Shown piece after piece: positions 12,601 to 24,600 of a stretch of DNA of 64,000 nucleotides. The stretch comes from Nemertoderma westbladi. Lineage: Eukaryota > Animalia > Xenacoelomorpha. The notes under the pieces were generated by a model that saw only the letters and a list, made by a program, of their open reading frames with translations, ran no database searches and was not told the origin of the DNA. Numbering within the stretch: position 1 is the stretch's first letter; every line of letters begins with the position of its first letter. Both the position numbers and the translations under genes were made by a program. Where the stretch lies: assembly GCA_032718475.1 (NCBI GenBank), contig JAUCBJ010008809.1, positions 1 through 64,000 on the forward strand. Reading direction: 5' to 3'.

Positions 12601-15600
12601 ACGTAATCGAGGAATGTCAAGATTTACTACAAAAATTACTAAGAAGAAGAAATATAAAGCAACACGATTCTGAAATTTTGAATAATAATAATTCATTATT
12701 AGAAGTGGCAAATAAAACTTCGTACATAGGTAAATTACTAAAAGAAAATTCTGAGATATTTCGTCAGCTGAAAGATGGTGTGTCAGGCCAGAAGAACAGA
12801 TTTATGTACTCAAAGATAGAGGTAGATAATTGCTGTAACAATGACATTTCTGCGGTTATTGGTCGAGATATTATGGGAATTTTTGAATATTTTATATATT
12901 CGAATGAATTGGTTTCATCTGATAAATCGACACAAATGGAAGCGGAATTGGTCGCAATGGATTCAAAGCTACGAACGTTGGATGAACAATACGGGTCGAT
13001 AAGGAACACAACTATTATCATAGGATCGAAAGCGAAGAACAGGTATGTTGGCGTTTGAAGTCACACTTACTAGTACACATAAATAGGATCACGTGCAAGC
13101 AGTTTGAACTAACATTTGTATACATTAATTACCACACAGGGATGAACTGGGAAAGTGTAGGGTAGGATCGTGAGATCTGGGGCCGCTATGTTGCTGGGTC
13201 CGTCGGCACTGTGTGTGGCTGACCGTGAGATCTAGGGGGCGCTATGTTGCTGGGTCCGTCGGCACTGTGTGTGGCTGACCGTGAGATCTAGGGCCGCTAT
13301 GTTGCTGGGTCCGCCGGCACTGTGTGTGGCTGACCGTGAGATCTGGGGCCGCTATGTTGCTGGGTCCGCCGGCACTGTGTGTGGCTGACCGTGAGATCTA
13401 GGGCCGCTATGTTGCTGGGTCCGCCGGCACTGTGTGTGGCTGACCGTGAGATCTGGGGCCGCTATGTTGCTGGGTCCGCCGGCACTGTGTGTGGCTGACC
13501 GTGAGATCTAGGGCCGCTATATTGCTGGGTCCGTCGGCACTCTTTGTGGCTGACCGTGAGATCTGGGGGCGCTATGTTGCTGGGTCCGTCGGCACTGTGT
13601 GTGGCTGACCTGAGATCTAGGGCCGCTATGTTGCTGGGTCCGCCGGCACTGTGTATGGCTGACCGTGAGATCTGGGGGCGCTATGTTGCTGGGTCCGTCG
13701 GCACTGTGAGTGGCTGACCGCGAGATCTGGGGGTGCTATGTTGCTGGGTCCACCGGCACTGTGTGTGGCTGACCGTGAGATCTAGGGCCGCTATGTTGCT
13801 GGGTCCGTCGGCACTGTGAGTGGCTGACCGCGAGATCTGGGGCCGCTATGTTGCTGGGTCGCCGGCACTGTGTGTGGAGCTGACCGTGAGATCTGGGGGC
13901 GCTATGTTGCTGGGTCCTCCGGCACTGTGTGTGGCTGACCACGATATCTGGGGGCGCTATGTTGCTGGGTCGCCGGCACTGTGTGTGGCTGACCGTGAGA
14001 TCTGGGGGCGCTATGTTGCTGGGTCCTCCGCACTGTGTGTGGCTGACCGTGAGATCTTGGGGCGCTATGTTGCTGGGTCGCCGGCACTGTGTGTGGCTGA
14101 CCGTGAGATCTGGGGGCGCTATGTTGCTGGGTCCTCCGGCACTGTGTGTGGCTGACCGTGAGATCTGGTGGCGCTATGTTGCTGGGTCGCCGGCACTGTG
14201 TGTGGCTGACCGTGAGATCTGGGGGCGCTATGTTGCTGGGTCCTCCGGCACTGTGTGTGGCTGACCACGAGATCTGGGGGCGCTATGTTGCTGGGTCCTC
14301 CGCACTGTGTGTGGCTGACCGTGAGATCTGGGGGCGCTATGTTGCTGGGTCGCCGGCACTGTGTGTGGCTGACCGTGAGATCTGGGGGCGCTATGTTGCT
14401 GGGTCCTCCGGCACTGTGAGTGGCTGACCGCGATATCTGGGGGCGCTATGTTGCTGGGTCGCCGGCACTGTGTGTGGCTGACCGTGAGATCTGGGGGCGT
14501 TATGTTGCTGGGTCCTCCGGCACTGTGTGTGGCTGACCGTGAGATCTGGGGGCGCTATGTTGCTGGGTCGCCGGCACTGTGTGTGGCTGACCGTGAGATC
14601 TGGGGATGCTATGTTGCTGGGTCCTCCGGCACTGTGAGTGGCTGACCGCGATATCTGGGGGCGCTATGTTGCTGGGTCGCCGGCACTGTGTGTGGCTGAC
14701 CGTGAGATCTGGGGGCGCTATGTTGCTGGGTCCTCCGGCACTGTGTGTGGCTGACCGTGAGATCTGGGGGCGCTATGTTGCTGGGTCGCCGGCACTTTGT
14801 GTGGCTGACCGTGAGATCTGGGGGTGCTATGTTGCTGGGTCCTCCGGCACTGTGTGTGGCTGACCGTGAGATCTGGGGGCGCTATGTTGCTGGGTCGCCG
14901 GCACTGTGTGTGGCTGACCGTGAGATCTGGGGGCGCTATGTTGCTGGGTCCTCCGGCACTGTGAGTGGCTGACCGCTATATCTGGGGGCGCTATGTTGCT
15001 GGGTCGCCGGCACTGTGTGTGGCTGACCGTGAGATCTGGGGGCGCTATGTTGCTGGGTCCTCCGCACTGTGTGTGGCTGACCGTGAGATCTGGGGGCGCT
15101 ATGTTGCTGGGTCCTCCGGCACTGTGTGTGGCTGACCGTGAGATCTGGGGTCGCTATGTTGCTGAGTCGCCGGCACTGTGTGTGGCTGACCGTGAGATCT
15201 GGGGGCGCTATGTTGCCGGGTCCGCCGGCACTGTGTGTGGCTGACCGTGAGATCTGGGGGCGCTATGTTGCTGGGTCCGCCGGCACTGTGTGTGGCTGAC
15301 CGTGAGATCTGGGGGCGCTATGTTGCTGGGTCGCCGGCACTGTGTGTGGCTGACCGTGAGATCTGGGGGCGCTATGTTGCTGGGTCCGCCGGCAATGAAC
15401 CAAGCATCATAATTATTATAATTCGTATCATAAATTGTTTAATACGTATTATATTAATAAACTTAAATATAGTAAATATAATGTTATGAATGGGAGTTAT
15501 GAGTGGGAGAATCGTTTAGGCTCGTTATGCCAAGGAATGCCTGTTCACCACCATGGGTGATCTTCCACAGTAAACCCTTCCACTCTGTTTCCCAAGTTGC

Positions 15601-18600
15601 CTTTGTTCCCATTTATCGACCACTGAAGGATGAAAGCCGGGGTTGGGCTATGCTGCAGCATTTAAAGCACTGTGCCCAAATAGTGCTGCCCCATCTACGG
15701 ATCGAACCAGGGCTCCCTAATTGGAAGCCCAGGAATTTCACCACTAGATCAAGCTGCTGCTTAATATAATGTTAAATTATAAGTGTTTACATGGTTTTTC
15801 GAATATGTGGTACTTCCGCGTTTCCCTTAACTTATGAGTGTTACAGTTAGTATTATGATATTGCTTTATTTTTTAGTTACAGCATGAATTATGAAAAGAC
15901 CTTGACTTTGTATGAAACTGAATATTTGTATGTGAAAAAAGTCCTTCTTCTTAGACCAAACATTTTTTAGTTCACTTAGTTTGGTCTAATTGATTTATGA
16001 AGTAACGTTGCAGAATTATTAGGCCTATTTATTATTAATGCTTTGTAATTTTACGTTAATAGTGAGGATATTATTGCGAAATACAACTCAACTAAAGTAG
16101 AAACAGGGCGACTAACTGCTTCACTTGATCACCTAATATCGCGTATTAAAACAACAATAAGGAAAACCTGTGATGCTGCCGCTAGGATTACTTTGCCGCT
16201 GAACTCTACAGGTTAGACACTAGGATTTACCCGACAACAAGCTGCTAATAGTAAAACATCAATCCGCTAGGTAGTCCTACAGTGTGTACTACTGTGCGGT
16301 ACGTGAACCGTGAATCACATAAAATTCGCCGGGTGACCCTGGTCTTGTCCCTCGTAACTTTACTTCTCTGTCGCCCTTCTAGCTTTTGCTTCCAGGAGGG
16401 GTGGTGTAAAATCTACGAGAGTTATAAATAGTGGACCTAGTCATTCGTCCCCTAGTGGCCGCAGATGTTCTAAAGAAGTCTTCCTGTGAGAGACTACATG
16501 GAGTACCAAGTTTCGTTCAATTTCGACTGTGATTACGTGCATCTGTCCACATAGTGAACTTGCTTTTCTTCTTATACGTTCATGACTGAGGTCAATATGA
16601 GCAACTCTTTTCATACTACTGTAATTGGTGCAAATTTCTTACAACATGCCAATAAAACATTTACTTTCCATTACAATCTACCCATAGTAGATTTAGATTT
16701 ATTTTTAATAACAAATAAATGCGTTGAAAGACATTTTGGCGGCATTATAATAACGAGCTACTCACTCCTGCGACCATCAGTCACAGTCTGAAGACTCTAA
16801 TATCAGTAAGTATAGTAGATGTACAACTAAAATGATGATGATTGTCAATAATTCACCTGAACTAATATTTATAAGAGACAGGTTGGGGGACTTGACCCAA
16901 AACCCATATCAGCGAATTAATATCCCGTTTCAATGTTAAATTATCAATTAAGGGAAGGATAAGTTTACACTGGTAGGTTATTCAAACCAAAATAATAAAC
17001 GAAAGTCAATAGAAAAGTTTAGAATTTTACTTTTGGAAGTAATTGAGAGTAATTTTGATTGCCTCGAAAATGTATTATATTATAAAATTTATATAATATT
17101 AATTTTCGTAGTGTAGTGTTAACATTGACATTGAAGATAAAGAATGGAGGCACGAAATTGTGAAAAATGTTTATATAGCTGTTATGCCTGACTTATATTT
17201 TATATTATTTATTTTAGGCAACTGTCGACGGAAATACGTAATCCCTGTAACAAAGCACAACCGCGAAATTAGGTTGAAGTTTAGTTTGAAGACGGAGGTT
17301 AATGACAATCAATTGATGTATATTAAACCAAATACAGAGGGAACTGAATACATATCTGTTAGACAGACAAATGGAAGTATAAATGTAAGTCACATGCTGT
17401 CCATTACCTCCTGAGCCAATTAATTCCTTTTATGGACAGGTTTTCTTCCAATGAGAGTGGCAGGGCTATTCAAGTATTACTAGTATTCAAGTATTTTCAT
17501 GCTATACAGGTTCAATGGGATACCGGGTTACGAATATATCGTCTGACTTGCCAAGATATGAATACCTCCGATGGGCAGTGGTACGTGATCAACTTTACGA
17601 GGTAAGTGAATAACTCCGAAGATAAAGAAAGTACAACAAGCCACTCAAAGGTGTATGAAAATTGTCGGAAAAAAAATTCCACTATCGCTTTGAGAAAATA
17701 GTGGACAATTTTAAAGAAAGAAGCTAACTATCTACCCGCTGTTAACTACTAACTGTGTCGACCTGTAAGTAACCTTTGAAGAAAAATATACATTAACAAT
17801 ATATTTCTGTGAGAAGCGTCGTATATTTTTTAACAAATGACTCACATCTTATCAGTGTAGCACAGGAGGGCTTACACATTTTCATTACCTTTGGTTTATT
17901 GATTAGTTTTACAGGTGAAGCAAAACTGTTTGTGTATCCGTTGTTAACATCGTTGCGCCACAATCAATGCGATACTCGGATTGAATACGGTTATACGAAT
18001 ACGTCAAATGTACCAACATATATTTCGGACAATGTGTTTAATGTGTCGGAGACTGCAGACATATACGTGGGTTTGGAGGACGTTGTTAAAGTTAATCATA
18101 ATGTAGGTTATTTTATTAAATCATTATTTAATCGCCGATTCCCATTTTACCATATTGGTGATGTTGCCACAGGTGTCGTCAGCAAGATTGGGATCTGAGC
18201 TTACTGAACCATTCTAAAACCATTCTGAATTCACTGGAATTTTAAGAAAAAAGACTGGCATTTGATCATTATATAATATATTACTTAAATAATGCGTTAT
18301 CAATCAAGCCATGTAAATTAAACAGTATCCATAACGACCATAACGATAGTGAAACTATATCTTATTCCCTATTCTTAATTCTAAATTGTGCACCATAGTT
18401 TTTAGATATGGCATTTTTATGCTAAAACAAATAATATTATAAAATAAAATATAATTATTTCGATGAAACGCAGGTAATGAAAATATCAACACCATAGTGG
18501 AACTACCGCATATTAACAGCGTAGTGAAATTGTATCACGACCATAAGGGAAACTATGGTCAAAGTCTAAATCTCCTATCTGAAATCCTTGGATGGGGGGT

Positions 18601-21600
18601 TGGGGGGGGGGGGGGGTGGGGGGTGGAACTGCACGCACTTTTCGGCGAGTTATTATCTCGCCTTAAATGTGTATTTATGAATTTTTGGAAAGGAGCAGGG
18701 TACAGTGGCACGTTATTCTACTACTACTATAATCGGCCTGCTGCATTGAATCTGCACATTGAGATGCTATGACAGGTTAACAAAAACATTTTGTCACCAA
18801 CATATAATCCACAATTGGCAAGCCCAATGTAGCGTCCATTAAGAATGCTATGCCGGCTTATCAATAAAGTTGCACCGCCACAACTCCCTATCCCCCATGA
18901 CTTTCGCGAGATTTTCCGCATCTTCAAGGCCTGTGTCGTTTATGAGGCGTCTCACAAAAGTCATGGCCTGTCCACAATGCTTATTTTCTCCATGGGGCTG
19001 CCCAAGCACAAGATTGTGCACAGACTGTTCCTAACGGCGATAACAATGTCCTGCAAAGCGGAGGCGGCTTCGTTCTAGTGTCAAGCTTGTGGGAACCAAT
19101 GAGATACCTCCAATGTTATATAGTGTCTGGATGGAGATGTGTGCATTGTACTTGACACAATGAACCCGGCGTAGCATTCTTGTGAATGTGCCATCCAGAG
19201 ATTTGGTATCCTCGGCAGTTAGAGCCCAGCATGGACTCTCATAGAGGAGTACTGGATCTACTGCTGCTCTAAATAATGCTCGGACCTTAAGTTTCCGATG
19301 AATTCTGTGTGATTTCCAAATCCTGGAAAACCATTCAAAGCTGCCAACTACTACTACTTTTGTGATTTGCTGAGGACTTTCAAAGTTAACTGTCAAAATT
19401 TTAGTCTTTTTGGAGTTGATAAAAAGACCAACACTTGAAGCAGCCTGTTCTAATAAGCTGAGGAACCGTTGGGCTCCATCTAGTGATTTTGAGTCATCAG
19501 CAAAGTCTAGATCAGTTAGGTACTTGGCAGCATTTCCTCGACTTCTGGAGCCAGTAGGTGGAGTTACCATCACCCAATCATCATTATGATGATCTAAGGA
19601 CATGCGTAGAATATAGTCAACCACAATTATGAATAAGAATGGTGTAAGTGTTTCTCCCTGGAGGACTCCCCATAACACTTCGAATGGTTCTGTGTCACCT
19701 CAACAGTAGACACAAATGTCGTCGAACCATCGTATACTGATCTGATTGCTGCAATAATTTCATCAGGAATCCCATATAATGAAAGTCTGCTGAACATACG
19801 TGAGCGAGAGACTGAATCAAAGGCCTTGAAGTAGTCAACAAAAATAACAGCTAGATGCCTGTCTTCCTTTTTTGATAACGTTCGCGAAAAAATATTGAAA
19901 CAATCGAATACGGGGTAACAAGGTGCCCTGAATCGCGTGGCGGAGTGAGTTTTTTGTAAAAACACGTGGAAACGGTCGAAATTGCGGGTTTAAGTGAGCC
20001 CGGGAAGCCAATTTTGAAAAACGGCTGTGATTGGCTGCTACATATTTGGCATCACTACGCAGTGCTCAGATAATTTCTTACATTGTTTTCTATGGAGGGT
20101 GATTTTCGCTCGATTTAAATACACATTTAATCTAAATCATTTCACACATGGCTTATATCAATTGAAAGCTGAGATTCTTGCGCGTCTTTTAACACTACAA
20201 TCACCTACATTCATGATCAGGAACACTTAAAAAATACTGTTTGCCATTTTGCAAACTTGGTAGATTGCCTGACCCCGCATACAAGCACTCACCAACTCAG
20301 ACCTGCTAGCCACATATTGCATTGCAGTACCGGAGTAGGCCTATTGCTGTATTGTTGCTTAAGTTCATTACGTTGAGTAAACCTACCGCTGTACCACTCT
20401 TACGCTACCTCCGCTGACCGGTACACATTTCAACTTAATGAACTTAAGCTGCAATACACAATACTCCAATACTGCAATGCAATAGGTGGATAGGGCTGAG
20501 TGGTTCAGTACTACTTGCATACTGGTCAGGCTATCTGTGAGTTTATAATTGTGAATTGATTTGTTTTATCAATGTTCATCACCATGAATTTAATTAATTG
20601 TAGTGTTAAAAGACGCGCAAGACTCTCCGCTTTCACTTGACATAGGCCACATGTGAAACGATTGAGATTAAATGTGTATTTAAATCGATCGAAAATCACC
20701 CTCCATAGAAAACAATGTAAGAAATTATCTGAGCACTGCGTAGTGACATCAAATCCTACTCAAACCCGCAATTTCGACCGTTTCCACGTGTTTTTACAAA
20801 AAACACACACGCCACTGGATTCAGGGCACCTTGTTACCCCTTATTCGATTGTTTCTAGCACAACAATTTTTTCGCGCACCAACCCAATTATCCTTCTAAG
20901 TGCCAAAATGGGCTCCATGGTCCCACGACCTTTACTACGGAACTCACTCTTATTTCCATATGGAGCTATCTCTCAATGGGATCCCTGATGCGATTTAATA
21001 GATTTCTATTGTATCCCAATTATTGTATCTATTGATATTTAAACAGTTATGTATCAATGAATATATGTATCAACCAGGGCGATAGTGAACCAGCGCGATA
21101 GTGAACCAGGGCGATAGTTAAGTTAACCATGGCGATAGTGAACCATGGCGATAGAGAACCAGGGCGATAGTGAACCAGGACAGGGGTGAACCAGGGCGAT
21201 AGTGAACCAGGGCGGAGGTGAACCAGGGCGATAGTGAACCAGGGCGGGGGTGAACCAGGACGGAGGTGAACCAGGGCGATAGTGAACCAGGGCGGAGGTG
21301 AACCAGGGCGAGAGGTGAACCAGGGCGGAGGTGAACCAGGGCGATGATAGTTAACCATGGCGATAGTGAACCATGGCGATAGAGAACCAGGGCGATAGTG
21401 AACCAGGGCAGGGGTGAACCAGGGCGATAGTGAACCAGGGCGATAGTGAACCATGGCGATAGAGAACCAGGGCGATAGTGAACCAGGGCAGGGGTGAACC
21501 AGGGCGATAGTGAACCAGGGCGATAGTGAACCATAGCAATAGTGAACCATGGCGATAGTGAACCAGGGCAATAGTGTACCAGGGCGGAGTTGAACCAGGG

Positions 21601-24600
21601 CGATAGTGAACCAGGGCGGAGATGAACCAGGGCGATAGTGAACCATAGTAGTAATGTGTACCAGGGCGAAAGCAACCAAGGCGGTAGTGAACCAGGGCGA
21701 TAGTAAACCATGGCGATAGTAAACCAGGGGGCGATAGTGAACAATGGCGATGCTGAACCAGGGCGATATTGAATCATGGCGATAGTGAAACATGGCGATA
21801 GTGAACCAGGGCGATAGTGAACCATGGCGATAGTGAACTAGGGCGATAGTGAACAATGGCGATACTGAACCAGGGCGATAGTGAACCATGGCGTCAGTGA
21901 AACATGGCGATAGTGAACCATGGCGATAGTGAACCAGGGCGGAGGTGAACCAGCGCGGAGGTGAACCAGGGCGATAGTTAACATGGCGACAGTGAACCAT
22001 GGCGAAAGAGAACCAGGGCGATAGTGAACAAGGCCGGAAGTGAACCAGGGCGATAGTTAACCATGGCGATAGTGAACCTTGGCGATAGTGAACCAGGGCG
22101 CTAGTGAACCAGGGCGATAGTTTACCATGGCGATAGTGAACCATGGTGGTAATGAACCAGGGCTATAGTGAACCAAGGCTGTAGAGAACCAGGGCGATAT
22201 TGAACCAGGGCGGAAGTGAACCAGGGCGAAGGTGAACTAGGGCGATAGTGAACCAGGGCGGAGGTGAACCAGGGCGATAGTGAACCAGGGCGACAGTGGA
22301 CCAGGTCGATACTGAACCAGGGCGGTAGTGAACCATGGCGATAGTGAACCATGGCGATAGTGAATAATGGCGTTAGTTAACCATGGCGGTAGTGAACCAG
22401 GGCGGAGGTGAACCAGGGCAACTAACCAGGGTGATAGTGAACCATGGGAGTTCAACCCCCGGTGACGCGCTTTCTCATTTTTTTTTTCTAACAACTTAAC
22501 AATAGTGAACCATGGCTGTTGCCGTTATTTCTAACGCTGATGTAAAGTTCGAGAGGGTTTGCGATCTCAGCGATACTAGTCACCAGTACTGGCTGTCGGG
22601 GGTGGTTGGATAATGCAGGCAAAATGAAAAAGAACAAGTTGGGTTGAATCATCAATTTATTGTAACTGATCTTGTTCTCTAACAATTCTAACGCTGATTC
22701 CAAATATATGGGACTACCCAATACGCCAATATAAATAGAATATGCACAATAAATAATTTTACAATAATATTAATAAGAACTTTTCTTTAATTTTAAATTT
22801 ACAAATTTATAAGATTCTAAGTTATAAAATTATAAATTACAAATTTATAAGTACAAATTATTTAATCGGGTACTTAATTCTGGGAACTCAGGGCCCCTTT
22901 AAAAGCACGGTGAGTGACGGTTTTATGTTCAGTTGTCCGTAAAACCGCCGCAACTCAATTAATTTTAACTTTATGAACTTCCGGTTTTTTGCGCACGGTG
23001 CCCGGGAATTTTCGGATTATTCATTTATTAGAGTTTATGAGATTTATGCATGCCCAGCACCGGGAAAATAAATAACGCGAACAATGGCCGGAACATGTAT
23101 TATGAAGACCTTTATGGACCGGTAGGCGGTAATTTATAATAATCGGAAGTAGCCGGTTCTAGAAAACTTCACAGTTAATCGTGATAAAATTATTTGGTAA
23201 TTGTTTATAATTTATGTTATTTAATTTCTCATGTTACATTTAATGCCATTTATTTTAGATTCTTCGTTTAATTTGTTCAGAACATTCCTATCGGTTTCAC
23301 TGGCTGTATCAAAGACGTTGTGTTTAACGGATATTCGGTTGGCTTATGGAACTTTGAAGCCAGTGACGGAGTCTGTTCCAGTTGTAAACCACCGGAAACC
23401 ACTGCAACGAGTTTCAGTTTCTATGGAAACGGGTATTCAATGGTAAACCACAATACATCCACTTGGAATCCATCATTCACAAATGTCTCTTTTACGGTAA
23501 ATAAAACTTCCAGTTAATGTTTCTTAAATAATGACCTTCAAAAGTATAATAGGCAGTTTTAAATATGATTTAGCCTACCATTATTTTGAATTTATTTATT
23601 TAATTCTTCGTTGAAATTGTGGTACAGTAGGTTGGGTAGAGTAGAGTACCGTTGTCGTGTGATAGGACTCCACCCCTTACAGAACTTCCTCACCCCGGGT
23701 ATTTTACTACATGGTATTATTCCACACGGGCATTGTACCATATCGTACTTTGTCCGGGGAGGCAAAGTAAATCCATGTCTGAACTATGGGGCACCGTTCC
23801 TGCCAAAAGTACCTGAAATTCTCTGCCCGAGAATGTAGATAAAACTCGGCCCGAGAATGCAAACCAAACTCGGCCCGAGAATGCAAACCAAACTCGTCCC
23901 GAGAATGCAAACTCGGCCAGAGAATGCAAACTCGGCCCGAGAATGCAAACTCGGCCACAGAATGCAAACTCGGCCCGAGAATGCAAACTCGGCCCGAGAA
24001 TGCAAACTCGGCCCGAGAATGCAAACTCGGCCAGAGAATGCAAACTCGGCCCGAGAATGCAAACTCGGCCAGAGAATGCAAACTCGGCCCGAGAATGCAA
24101 ACTCGGCCAGAGAATGCAACCTCGGCCAGAGAATGCAACCTCGGCCAGAGAATGCAAACTCGGCCCGAGAATGCAAACTCGGCCAGAGAATGCAACCTCG
24201 GCCAGAGAATGCAAACTCGGCCCGAGAATGCAAACTCGGCCACAGAATGCAAACTCGGCCCGAGAATGCCAACTCGTCCCGAGAATGCAAACTCGGCCCA
24301 AGAATGCAAACTCGGCCCGAGAATGCAAACTCGGCCCGAGAATGTAATCACGTACATAGGGCGCAGCAGTAGCCCGCAGCTACCGGACCTGAAGGTAAGG
24401 GTTGGGGGTTACTCAACTGGCTAAATTCAAAAGGTCCTTTCAGCTGGAAAGGGTAGCGGTGTGATGTTAACATGTAACACCGGTAGCATAGATTTGAATT
24501 GTCACTCTTTCGAATCTGTCGATATTTTACACCCATTTTACAGTTGTTGATAAAAGGTATTTTATAATCCATCAATATAAATTTTATGATTACACACATA

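Noticed and set aside
16780-16860. CTGAAGA as a possible further hammerhead core
   Set aside because: No downstream GAAA with compatible stems.
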